Virus record (IMG/VR): IMGVR_UViG_3300025735_000009 | Location: 13,615 to 77,614 of that record | Source: a virus | Taxonomy: Duplodnaviria; Caudoviricetes | Reading direction: 5' to 3' (one strand) | DNA: 64,000 nt | Part shown: positions 18,770 to 26,510 of the stretch, piece by piece | Layout of the letters: every line of letters starts with the position of its first letter | How positions within the stretch are numbered: the stretch's first letter is position 1 | Notes under the pieces: generated by a model | The model's database searches: none | Told to the model about the DNA's origin: nothing | Seen by the model: only the letters and a program-made list of their open reading frames with translations | Translations under genes and position numbers: made by a program

Positions 18770-19173
18770 GCTTGGGCCTCCCGGTACTGGCGGTGCGCCT
18801 CCCACTTGGCCAGCAGCGCCCGCGTACCGTCCGGTACCGGCCGCCCTGCCCGCTCCACCAGCTGCACACAGGCGTCGACCAGTTCGATTTCGCGGCCGTA
18901 CTCGGCGATAAACCTGGCCTTGTTGCCGTGCACCGCTAGCAGCGTCTTGACCGGGCCGGTACCGGGCTGGTGATGCCCCTCGCACAGCGGCAGCACGTAG
19001 TAATGGGCGTGGGCCTTGGTGCGGCCGTCGCAGTGGTGAATCGAGACATGCCCGGGCAACGTGTAGTCGCGTGGGCGGCCATCGAGCAGGCAGCAGATGC
19101 ACCCGCAGACGTAGGCCAAGTCGTCGTGCCAGGCCTTTTCAACCTTGGTGACCGTGCGTCCTCCGAGCATCAC
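18763..19173 (-). CDS. ref: Ref-family RecA-dependent (recombination enhancement) nuclease
   Basis: GCICC...SIHHCDGRTK..AH..VLPLCEGHHQ, the pattern of the P1 Ref family. Confidence 0.8.
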   Translation of the reverse strand: MMLGGRTVTKVEKAWHDDLAYVCGCICCLLDGRPRDYTLPGHVSIHHCDGRTKAHAHYYVLPLCEGHHQPGTGPVKTLLAVHGNKARFIAEYGREIELVDACVQLVERAGRPVPDGTRALLAKWEAHRQYREAQAC

Positions 19174-20327
19174 GCGAACCTCACAGGTTGTGGGCCTGGA
19201 CGAGCAGCCCGCAGAGCCATCAGGCCTGCAGGAGCAGCCTTGCGCGCGACCTGGGCCGGTTCTTCGCCCTCGCCAACCTCATCGGCCGGAGCACGGGCCG
19301 CGGCCATGGCCATCAGGGCAGCCAAGCCGATACCTGGGCCCTTTTCGTTTTTCTCGGCAGGAACTGGGGTGGGTTCGGGATCAACGGCAGTGACAGGCGT
19401 GCTCTGTGGCTGGCTCTCAGCTTGCTCACGGGCGGCCTGCACCCGCTGGGTCTTCTGGAACCGAGTGGCATAGGACTCGCAGTTTTTCAGCAGCATGCCC
19501 ACTGGATGCAGGGCGTCGACGATGTACGCCGTGGTTTCGTGCTTGACGTAGTAGGTGGCCACCTGGGGGGCCAGATCGCCTACACGGGCGACCAACTGGC
19601 ACATGACGGACAGCATGTGTTTGTTGCACACCGGCCAGGCCTTGTACTTGGACCGGTAGGCACGAGCATAGGCATGCCATGGGGCGTAGCTGACCGCAGT
19701 GGGGTTCTGGGGGTAGTCCGCAGGCTCTCCCCCCTCTGGCTTATGGCCTTTGCTTTTCGCGGCTACAGCCGCCACCTTGCCGACCGATTCCCCGGCTTGC
19801 CCGGGGTCGTCGTAAGAAACTGCTTTTTCAATCCTTGTTGCACTTTCAGTACTGTCTAATGTTTCCGGCTTTTCCGTAAACGGTGTTGCCGTAACCGGCG
19901 ATTCAGTAATCGGCGTCACCGTTTCCGGCAAATCCGTAAACGGCTCATCACCACCACTCTTGCGCTTGGCGCCGGCCTTGGCCTGAACGCTGGCGACGTA
20001 GATCGCCGCCTGCTCGAGGTCTGGCACCTCGGACACTTCGTATTCCACGCCCCGGAAGCCGCCACCCTCGCGGACGAACTCCTGGTACAGGTAGCCAGCG
20101 GCGCGCAGTTCGTTGAGTACCTTGTAGACCTTGTCCCGGCCAGAGCGGCCGCCGATCGCCTCGCGGGTCTGGTTGATCAGGTCCTTGATCTGGACGCGCC
20201 AGTTGTCCGGCTTGCTTAGGAGGTAGATCAGCATGCCGCGGCCAGCCCACGACAACCGACGATCTTCGATAACCGTCGATGGGAGGGCGTAGTAAGTGCT
20301 TTTCCGTGCAGCGCGAACGATGCTCAT
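19170..20327 (-). CDS. Phage HTH replication initiator (lytic-type)
   Basis: DRRLSW.GRGMLIYLLSKPDNW N-terminal HTH; AAGGAGG RBS before ATG 20327; internal iteron-like repeats. Confidence 0.8.
   Translation of the reverse strand: MSIVRAARKSTYYALPSTVIEDRRLSWAGRGMLIYLLSKPDNWRVQIKDLINQTREAIGGRSGRDKVYKVLNELRAAGYLYQEFVREGGGFRGVEYEVSEVPDLEQAAIYVASVQAKAGAKRKSGGDEPFTDLPETVTPITESPVTATPFTEKPETLDSTESATRIEKAVSYDDPGQAGESVGKVAAVAAKSKGHKPEGGEPADYPQNPTAVSYAPWHAYARAYRSKYKAWPVCNKHMLSVMCQLVARVGDLAPQVATYYVKHETTAYIVDALHPVGMLLKNCESYATRFQKTQRVQAAREQAESQPQSTPVTAVDPEPTPVPAEKNEKGPGIGLAALMAMAAARAPADEVGEGEEPAQVARKAAPAGLMALRAARPGPQPVRFA
19861..19943. repeat. Three ~23-bp iteron-like direct repeats, 30-bp period, inside the initiator gene
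   Basis: GTTTCCGGCTTTTCCGTAAACGG (19861), GTAACCGGCGATTCAGTAATCGG (19891), GTTTCCGGCAAATCCGTAAACGG (19921). Confidence 0.65.
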
Positions 20328-20440
20328 CGAGCACCTCCTTTGTGAGTGGGTGCTGTGAGCAAAGAAACAGGCGTGAAAAGATGGCATTGCGCCATCATTG
20401 CCGGCGAAAGGTCAGAAGATTGCAGGAATGTGACGCAAAG

Positions 20441-20477
20441 GCGCGAACGTGTTAACGCGCGTTGCGTGTGGTATAGT
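20441..20477 (+). promoter_or_regulatory. Motif B cluster 4 overlapping an extended -10 TGnTATAGT promoter
   Basis: GCGCGAACG 20441-20449, AACGCGCGTT 20454-20463, TGG-TATAGT 20469-20477. Confidence 0.6.
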
Positions 20478-20483
20478 CGGCCT

Positions 20484-20657
20484 ACGAACACAGGGGACCC
20501 CCGTATTCGGGTAAGCACGGATAGCTTTCTGATCCATTGATGTGATCGTTTTGCCCTAGCCTTATCAGGGCTAGAGCATAAAAGAATGTGTTTTTATGCA
20601 TTTTTTGGTGAAAAAGAACCCAGGAGCCTTGGTCGGTGAAGCGGGTTCTTTTTTTTT
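20484..20657 (+). ncRNA. Candidate ~170-nt antisense RNA to the replication-operon leader
   Basis: Bounded by an extended -10 and an AAGAACCC/GGGTTCTT + T-run terminator; two internal hairpins; no credible ORF. Confidence 0.4.
20611..20657. terminator. Bidirectional intrinsic terminator in the rep leader
   Basis: Stem 20614-20621/20643-20650 flanked by an A-run and a T-run. Confidence 0.6.
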
Positions 20658-20743
20658 GCCTCCATTTCAGTGCCTGCGCAAAGCGCAGATGCGATCCAAT
20701 TCGGCGTGCTGTATACCATACGGCCGCAAACGCCGTCTAAGCC

Positions 20744-20758
20744 ATTTTATCCGCGTAC
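20744..20758 (-). promoter_or_regulatory. -10 TAAAAT overlapped by a motif A operator
   Basis: Plus strand ATTTTA 20744-20749 and TATCCGCGTAC 20748-20758. Confidence 0.55.
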
Positions 20759-20759
20759 C

Positions 20760-21239
20760 TCACTCGGACTTGGGCTTTTTCTTCTTCACAAGATGCGCCA
20801 CAGCCCGCAAATACAGGGCTTTCGAGAGCCCGCGCTCGCCCGTCGGCGCGCCCGAAATAATCTCCAGATTGCTAGCCGTTTTGAATTTTGGGGACAAATC
20901 CTTGGTGCGCAGTTTCCTCGCCAGGCGAACACCTCGAGCGATCGAGCAGCGCAATTCACGCTCAGGGTAATCCTGGTCGAACCATCCAAACGGCAACCCC
21001 AAAACATCCTCAAGGCGGCGGCTCAACCGTTCGGGTATCCCTGATCGGGCGTTGACGGCCACGCTCATCTGGTTGGCGAACTTCACCTGGTCCTGTTCCG
21101 AATAGGCGCTCAGGGCCCTGATCCGCACGCCGTCATAGCGCAGATCAACGTACAGGATGAAACGCTGGCGCCTGGCCGCCTGGGCCGCGTCTACGGCTTC
21201 CTCGACGGTTTGGCAGCCCTCAAAAATCTCGATGTTCAT
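20760..21239 (-). CDS. CI-like HTH repressor (no recognisable S24 peptidase domain)
   Basis: [22 protein letters not shown] resembles lambdoid repressor N-terminal domains; divergent from ssb. The long 568-aa track ORF is an antisense extension. Confidence 0.55.
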   Translation of the reverse strand: MNIEIFEGCQTVEEAVDAAQAARRQRFILYVDLRYDGVRIRALSAYSEQDQVKFANQMSVAVNARSGIPERLSRRLEDVLGLPFGWFDQDYPERELRCSIARGVRLARKLRTKDLSPKFKTASNLEIISGAPTGERGLSKALYLRAVAHLVKKKKPKSE

Positions 21240-21341
21240 GCGGGTCTTATCGGTGGCTGTCTTGATACTGCCGATCTTACAGGAGTGATAAATAAACTGC
21301 TGTTTTTTACTGGGAAACCCCTTTATCTTATGCGGCGCAAT

Positions 21342-21375
21342 GTACGCGGATACAAAATGCCGTGTACGCGGATAC
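21342..21375 (+). promoter_or_regulatory. Two tandem motif A operators (GTACGCGGATAC) upstream of ssb
   Basis: Identical copies at 21342-21353 and 21364-21375. Confidence 0.65.
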
Positions 21376-21392
21376 TGACAAAAGGGGGCCCC

Positions 21393-21908
21393 ATGGCTCG
21401 CGGCGTAAACAAAGTGATCCTGGTGGGGACGTGCGGACAAGATCCCGAGGTGCGCTACCTTCCCAACGGCAATGCGGTAACCAATCTCAGCCTGGCCACC
21501 AGTGAGCAGTGGACGGACAAGCAAAGCGGCCAGAAGGTCGAGCGCACCGAATGGCACCGCGTGTCCATGTTCGGCAAGGTGGCGGAAATCGCCGGGGAGT
21601 ACCTGCGCAAGGGCTCGCAGGTCTATATCGAAGGCAAGCTGCAAACCCGGGAGTGGGAAAAGGACGGCATCAAGCGTTACACCACTGAAATCGTCGTCGA
21701 CATGACCGGCACCATGCAGCTGCTGGGCGGCCGACCTCAAGGCGACCAGGGCCCGCGCCCTCACCCGCAAGACGGCGCAGCGCGCCAGGCCCCGCCCCGG
21801 CGCCAGCCAAGCCCGCCCCAGAGCCAACAGGGCGCCCCTGGCCCAGACGTCCCTAACTTCGACGACGACATACCATTCCGCCCTATACCTCACCTGGCGG
21901 GGGCCTGA
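21393..21908 (+). CDS. ssb: Single-stranded DNA-binding protein
   Basis: [12 protein letters not shown]...TEWHRV...[15 protein letters not shown], acidic DDDIPF tail. Confidence 0.97.
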   Translation: MARGVNKVILVGTCGQDPEVRYLPNGNAVTNLSLATSEQWTDKQSGQKVERTEWHRVSMFGKVAEIAGEYLRKGSQVYIEGKLQTREWEKDGIKRYTTEIVVDMTGTMQLLGGRPQGDQGPRPHPQDGAARQAPPRRQPSPPQSQQGAPGPDVPNFDDDIPFRPIPHLAGA

Positions 21909-21911
21909 TCC

Positions 21912-22094
21912 ATGCCCCACCCGATCCAGTACCTGGGCCACCCCCTGCACACCGTGAACGCCAAGGCCGAGCTGCGCCGCCAGCTTGAAGAGGCGGTGGC
22001 CAGGTTCGGCCCGGTAGCGCCAGCGGCAGAGCTCCATACCAAACCCACGCCCGCGCAAGAGCGGGTCATTCGCTACGGACTGCACAAGAGATAA
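21912..22094 (+). CDS. Small phage hypothetical protein
   Basis: 60-aa ORF filling the ssb-rdgC gap. Confidence 0.6.
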   Translation: MPHPIQYLGHPLHTVNAKAELRRQLEEAVARFGPVAPAAELHTKPTPAQERVIRYGLHKR

Positions 22095-22097
22095 GCC

Positions 22098-23018
22098 ATG
22101 TTCTTCAAAAACCTGCTTGCCTACCGTTTGACCCAAGACATTGCCCTCGAGGCGGAAGCACTCGAAGCCGCGCTGGCGTCCAAACCTGCCCGTGCTTGCG
22201 CCAGCCAGGAACTGAACACTTACGGATTCGTTGCCCCGTTCGGGAAGGGTGAAGACGCCCCGCTGGTGCACGTCAGCGGCGACTTCCTCCTGATCGCCGC
22301 CCGCAAGGAAGAGCGGATTTTGCCCGGCACCGTGGTCAACCAGGCGCTTAAGGAAAAGGTCGAAGAGATCGAGTCCGAGCAGATGCGCAAGGTCTACAAG
22401 AAAGAGCGCGACCAGATCAAAGACGAGATCATTCAGGCCTTCCTTCCGCGTGCCTTCGTGCGCCACTCCATGATCTTTGCCGCGATCGACACCCGCGAGG
22501 GCCTGATCCTGGTCAACAGCGCCAGCCCGGGCCGCGCCGAGGACTTGCTCTCTACCCTGCGCGAAGTACTTGGCTCGCTGCCGGTGCGCCCAGTCACCGT
22601 CAAGATTGCCCCGGTGGCCACCATGACCGACTGGCTAAAGCAGCAAGAGGCCGCCGAGTGCTTCACCGTGCTGGATTCGTGCGAGCTGCGCGACACCCAC
22701 GAAGATGGCGGGATTGTGCGCTGCACTCGCCAGGACCTGACCAGCGAGGAAGTCCAGCTGCACCTGGCTACCGGCAAGGTCTGCACCCGCCTGGCACTGG
22801 CCTACAAGGACCAGCTGAGCTTTGTGCTCGATGACAGCCTGAGCATTTCCCGCCTGCGCTTTGAGGATCTGCTGACCGAGCAGGCCGAGCAGGACGGTGG
22901 CGACGAGGCCGCGGGCCAGTTCGATGCCAGTTTCTCGCTGATGATGCTGACCTTCCGGGAGTTCCTGGGCGAGCTGCTGCCGGCACTGGGCGGTGAAGAG
23001 CTGCCACAGGCGGCATAG
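22098..23018 (+). CDS. rdgC: Recombination-associated protein RdgC (P1 HrdC-like)
   Basis: [11 protein letters not shown]...KEERILP..VV...LLPRAF-like and FDASF.LM motifs; 306 aa. Confidence 0.95.
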   Translation: MFFKNLLAYRLTQDIALEAEALEAALASKPARACASQELNTYGFVAPFGKGEDAPLVHVSGDFLLIAARKEERILPGTVVNQALKEKVEEIESEQMRKVYKKERDQIKDEIIQAFLPRAFVRHSMIFAAIDTREGLILVNSASPGRAEDLLSTLREVLGSLPVRPVTVKIAPVATMTDWLKQQEAAECFTVLDSCELRDTHEDGGIVRCTRQDLTSEEVQLHLATGKVCTRLALAYKDQLSFVLDDSLSISRLRFEDLLTEQAEQDGGDEAAGQFDASFSLMMLTFREFLGELLPALGGEELPQAA

Positions 23019-23032
23019 CCAAATCGCGGACG

Positions 23033-23070
23033 AAAAAAAGCCGCGACTCCCGAGGGGCGCGGCCTTTTTC
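23033..23070. terminator. Intrinsic terminator after rdgC
   Basis: A-run GCCGCG...CGCGGC T-run. Confidence 0.7.
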
Positions 23071-23076
23071 CACAAA

Positions 23077-23089
23077 AATCAGCCAGATA
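23077..23089 (+). promoter_or_regulatory. Motif C AATCAGCCAGATA
   Basis: Exact copy upstream of the 23138 operon. Confidence 0.55.
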
Positions 23090-23137
23090 ATTGTGCCTCG
23101 CATTATATGCCCCTGCACTCGATTAGCAAGGAACGTG

Positions 23138-23434
23138 ATGAAAATCATATTTAACGGCTCTGAGGTCCGCTTTGAAGGCGACAAGGGCCAGCAGCGTGGC
23201 AAGTACAAAGCCGGCCTGCCGATGAAGCGCGTGGTCTGGACCGCCGTGGTGCAACTCAAGGACGCCGCGGGCAATGCGACCGAAACGAACTGGTCCACGC
23301 CGCCCGGGCGGCGCCTGAACTACCTGGAAGCCAAGGCGACCATGTTCGCCGTGGTGGCCGAGCTGCAGCGCGTGTTCAGGGACGAATACCAGGGGGAGCC
23401 AGACACGGCGCATTTCGTCATGGTGAGCAGCTAA
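23138..23434 (+). CDS. Phage hypothetical protein
   Basis: AAGGA RBS before ATG 23138 (MKIIFNGSE); stop overlaps the next start. Confidence 0.6.
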   Translation: MKIIFNGSEVRFEGDKGQQRGKYKAGLPMKRVVWTAVVQLKDAAGNATETNWSTPPGRRLNYLEAKATMFAVVAELQRVFRDEYQGEPDTAHFVMVSS

Positions 23435-23925
23435 TGCGCGCACCAGCTGACACCCAAACCCTGGACTTCAACCTGCAGAAACTCGTCTTTCTGCCGGCGA
23501 TCGCCGCCAAGGTGCAGAGCGGCGCGGTGCGCCAGGTGGTCATCCCCTGCAACCCGCAACCGGTGATTGATGCGGAGGCCCTGCGCCTGGCCGGACTCCC
23601 TCACCCCGAAAGCATGGCACTCATGCGAGCGGTACAACGCGCCTTTCGCCAAGGCTTGATCGGCGCCAGCACTGCGCCGATCCAGGTGGGGCATGCTTTC
23701 GAGCTCCTGCAGGCGCTGCCGCCCGAAAAGTACTCGCGGCTTGGTACCGGCCTGGTCCGCAGCATCGAGATCACCCGATTCAGCCACCTGGGCGACCGAG
23801 AGCTGCAGGCATGTGGCCACTTTAATGCTGACACTTTTGCCGAATATTGGGACAGCACCACGCCCGATATACCGACCACCACCAATCCATGGTGCTGGCT
23901 CATTCAGTTTGAATATAAGGGGTAA
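23434..23925 (+). CDS. Divergent ASCH/PUA-like protein
   Basis: L.F.PAI.AKV.SG...; C-terminal W...NPWCWLIQFE parallels 15419..16093. Confidence 0.55.
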   Translation: MRAPADTQTLDFNLQKLVFLPAIAAKVQSGAVRQVVIPCNPQPVIDAEALRLAGLPHPESMALMRAVQRAFRQGLIGASTAPIQVGHAFELLQALPPEKYSRLGTGLVRSIEITRFSHLGDRELQACGHFNADTFAEYWDSTTPDIPTTTNPWCWLIQFEYKG

Positions 23926-23931
23926 CCAAAC

Positions 23932-24273
23932 ATGCACACCTTGGCACTTCTGGTGGTCACTGCTGCCCTATGTCACCTCTATCGCTACTACAACAACGAA
24001 AACCACCCGAACATCATCCTTCACAAACTTCACAAGCGCCTGCGTGTATGCTTGGGAATGGCCATTATTGGCACGTTAGTATCAGTTTCCTACACGATCC
24101 CCGCCGAAATGGGTCGCATGGTGCGCAGCGTCCAGGCCAACCAGGTAGCGCTGGCGGCAAAGCGGCAGGAAGCACGCCAGGCGTCAGAAATCAAGCATGT
24201 GCGACAGATGATTGACGTTTTCGGGGGTGCCGACAACTATTTGGCGTACCTGCAGCGCCAAACATCACAATAA
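23932..24273 (+). CDS. Membrane protein (2 TM)
   Basis: Hydrophobic LALLVVTAALC and VCLGMAIIGTLVSV segments. Confidence 0.6.
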   Translation: MHTLALLVVTAALCHLYRYYNNENHPNIILHKLHKRLRVCLGMAIIGTLVSVSYTIPAEMGRMVRSVQANQVALAAKRQEARQASEIKHVRQMIDVFGGADNYLAYLQRQTSQ

Positions 24274-24432
24274 ACAAAATTTCCACACCGTTCGTCGCTT
24301 AAACCCCTTTCGTGCGGAACTTTCTCATGTCACCCTTCACAAACAAGCATACGAGGGATGGGGTCAATGTGTGGGACCGGTTAAAGCCCGACGAACGGTA
24401 GCCCTTGTGTGGTGGGCGCTGCGGGCTTTAGA

Positions 24433-24455
24433 GACGCGGATATTATATCCGCGTC
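24433..24455. promoter_or_regulatory. Palindromic motif A operator enclosing TATAAT(-)/TATTAT(+) upstream of integrase
   Basis: GACGCGGATA-TTA-TATCCGCGTC. Confidence 0.65.
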
Positions 24456-24597
24456 ACATCCGGCGAAATCTTTCCCTTGATCTAGGCTTACACCTGCTCC
24501 TTTTTAAATTCAGCATCTTTCAAAACCGCAGGTCTGGAACCCGTCCCATGCAGGTCAAACCGACTAACACAGCATTCACAAGCATAAAGGCAGAACT

Positions 24598-25818
24598 ATG
24601 TCCCTTACTCAGAAGGTTATTCAAAACATAACCACGCCGGGCAAGTATCAAGACAAATATGGATTGGCCTTACGTGTATCGCCAGGAGGCGCCAAGGCTT
24701 GGATTATGCGTTACACCTTTGAGGGCACCCGTCGAGACGATGGCCTGGGAAAGTTCCCGGACGTTTCGCTGGATGAGGCCCGTGCGCAAGCTATGGCGAT
24801 TCGCCTGTCTGCGCGTAAAGGTATTGACCCCCGAGAGGAAAAAGCAGAACGCGCCCGCTCGGCTGTAACCTTTCGCGAGGATGCTGAGGCGTTCATTTCG
24901 CGTCATGCGCATGGTTGGGGGGTCAAGCATACTCACCAGTGGGAAGCCTCACTGCGCGATCACGTTTACCCCAAAATTGGCGGCAAAGCAGTTTGCTCAA
25001 TTGACACTGAAACAGTGCGCAAGGTGCTCGATCCGATCTGGCGTGAAAAGCCGGAGACGGCGCGGCGCGTGCGTAACCGCATAGAGCGAGTACTGGATTA
25101 CTCCAAGACGCTGCAGCACAGGGATGGCGACAACCCTGCGCGCTGGCGCGGCCACCTGCAAAACATAATGTCCAATCTGTTGCCGACGCCAACCCCTCTA
25201 GACTCAATGAGTTACCATGTATTGCCAGCATTTATGGCAAGACTAGAGGCGGAAGATTCGCGCGCCGCGCGCTGCATGCAATTCCTAATATTGACAGGTT
25301 GTCGCAGTGCCGAAGCCATGGGCGCGCGCTGGGATGAGATAGATTGGGAGCACTCTGTATGGCGCATCCCTGCTGAGCGTATGAAGAGCCGCGAAGATCA
25401 CGATATTCCTCTAAGTCAGGCAGCACTAAACGTGCTCAAAGAAGCCGGAACTAGAGGGAAAAGTGAGTACATATTCTCTAACCCAACTTACACCGGGATG
25501 ATGGCCAACAACACGTTGCGCCGCCTGCTGAAAGAAAAAATGGCAGAGAGCTGCACGGTGCACGGTTTCCGCGCGACTTTCCGCACCTGGCTGCAGGAGA
25601 AAACCGATTTCTCGAATGAGCTGTGTGAAGCGGCACTGGCTCACGCAGTAGGCAATCTAACGCAGCGCGCCTACACCCGTGGCAAGCAACTCGAGAAGCG
25701 TAGACCGATGATGGATAAGTGGGCGCGTTTTGCTGTTGAGCGAATGCAGCCACCAGCACCGCGACCGAGCATGACGGTTGCAGCACGCTCTGGGAAGTCA
25801 CATCAGCCGTACACATGA
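24598..25818 (+). CDS. int: Tyrosine integrase with N-terminal arm-DNA-binding domain (P4/IntA-like)
   Basis: GLALRV..GG.K.W..RY...G.R...LG.FP.VSL.EAR; catalytic LTGCR, HGFR, LAH, AY; visibly more AT-rich than flanks. Confidence 0.95.
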   Translation: MSLTQKVIQNITTPGKYQDKYGLALRVSPGGAKAWIMRYTFEGTRRDDGLGKFPDVSLDEARAQAMAIRLSARKGIDPREEKAERARSAVTFREDAEAFISRHAHGWGVKHTHQWEASLRDHVYPKIGGKAVCSIDTETVRKVLDPIWREKPETARRVRNRIERVLDYSKTLQHRDGDNPARWRGHLQNIMSNLLPTPTPLDSMSYHVLPAFMARLEAEDSRAARCMQFLILTGCRSAEAMGARWDEIDWEHSVWRIPAERMKSREDHDIPLSQAALNVLKEAGTRGKSEYIFSNPTYTGMMANNTLRRLLKEKMAESCTVHGFRATFRTWLQEKTDFSNELCEAALAHAVGNLTQRAYTRGKQLEKRRPMMDKWARFAVERMQPPAPRPSMTVAARSGKSHQPYT

Positions 25819-25823
25819 ACGGT

Positions 25824-25874
25824 AAAAAAACGCCCCAAACCCCATTAGCCATTGCGGCGTGGGGCGGGGCGTTT
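25824..25874. terminator. Convergent terminator between integrase and the lysis operon
   Basis: A-run AAACGCCCC...GGGGCGTTT. Confidence 0.6.
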
Positions 25875-25879
25875 CTGCG

Positions 25880-26047
25880 TTAAAAATTCCAACTGGCAGT
25901 GAGCATCCATTGCGAGTGCTCATCGGCAAGCCATAGCTTGCCCGTGAGCTTGATGGGTACCTCGTAGAGCGTCAGGGTGGCCCGCCAGTACAAATCGGGC
26001 AACCCGTATGCGTCTTTAAGCCAGTCGACCGAGTTGATGATCAGCAA
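25880..26047 (-). CDS. Unlisted 55-aa ORF at the end of the lysis operon
   Basis: TTG start with GAGG 7 nt upstream; MLIINSVDWLKDAYGLPDLYWRATLTLYEVPIKLTGKLWLADEHSQWMLTASWNF. Confidence 0.45.
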   Translation of the reverse strand: MLIINSVDWLKDAYGLPDLYWRATLTLYEVPIKLTGKLWLADEHSQWMLTASWNF

Positions 26048-26510
26048 TTCTGAACCTCACTCGATAATCAGCGATCTCGGCATCGGATAGCACCGATACG
26101 TCGAAGTCTGCCCATGTCACGCCCTGTGCCTGGCACTCATCCCACGCATGCCACCCGCCGATCTCCAGGCCGCCGCGAACTGCTGCTGCCTGTAGCGCAT
26201 TGGCGCCCTGCAGCCCGCACATTTCGGCAAAAAGGCCGTCCAAGTCGGCGCGCTTCTCACCAGTCACGGGACTCAGCATGTATCGGGCATCGTGAATCAC
26301 GCCCGGCAAGCGGTGGTCGACCGTGGCAAACAACCCGTTGAGCAGCGCGGGGATGCTGGCCAGGTCGGTCAGCATCCCGCGCGGCGCTTCAAAGGTGCGC
26401 CCGCGGCTATCCACGTAATAGACGGTGTTCATCAGCGTCCACAGGTCGTTACTTTCCGCCGATCGGAACGGGCGCAGGATCGGCGGACCGCTAAAGCCCT
26501 GCTTAGGCAC
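26016..26510 (-). CDS. DUF1353 family protein (HD motif, PLA2-like fold inferred)
   Basis: F.AP.G..TDLASIP...GVIHD..Y...R...D.LF.E pattern. Confidence 0.8.
   Translation of the reverse strand: MPKQGFSGPPILRPFRSAESNDLWTLMNTVYYVDSRGRTFEAPRGMLTDLASIPALLNGLFATVDHRLPGVIHDARYMLSPVTGEKRADLDGLFAEMCGLQGANALQAAAVRGGLEIGGWHAWDECQAQGVTWADFDVSVLSDAEIADYRVRFRIADHQLGRLA

Noticed and set aside
20709-20724. Possible LexA1 SOS box CTGTATACCATACGG
   Set aside because: It does not fit CTG-N10-CAG spacing or the right half-site.
21240-22466. N-terminal extension of the 568-aa minus-strand ORF 20760..22466
   Set aside because: It lies antisense to ssb and rdgC; only the last 159 codons (from ATG 21239) look like a protein.
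24274-25880. tRNA-derived att core or prophage boundary next to the integrase
   Set aside because: No tRNA 3'-end-like sequence recognised, and phage genes continue on both sides.
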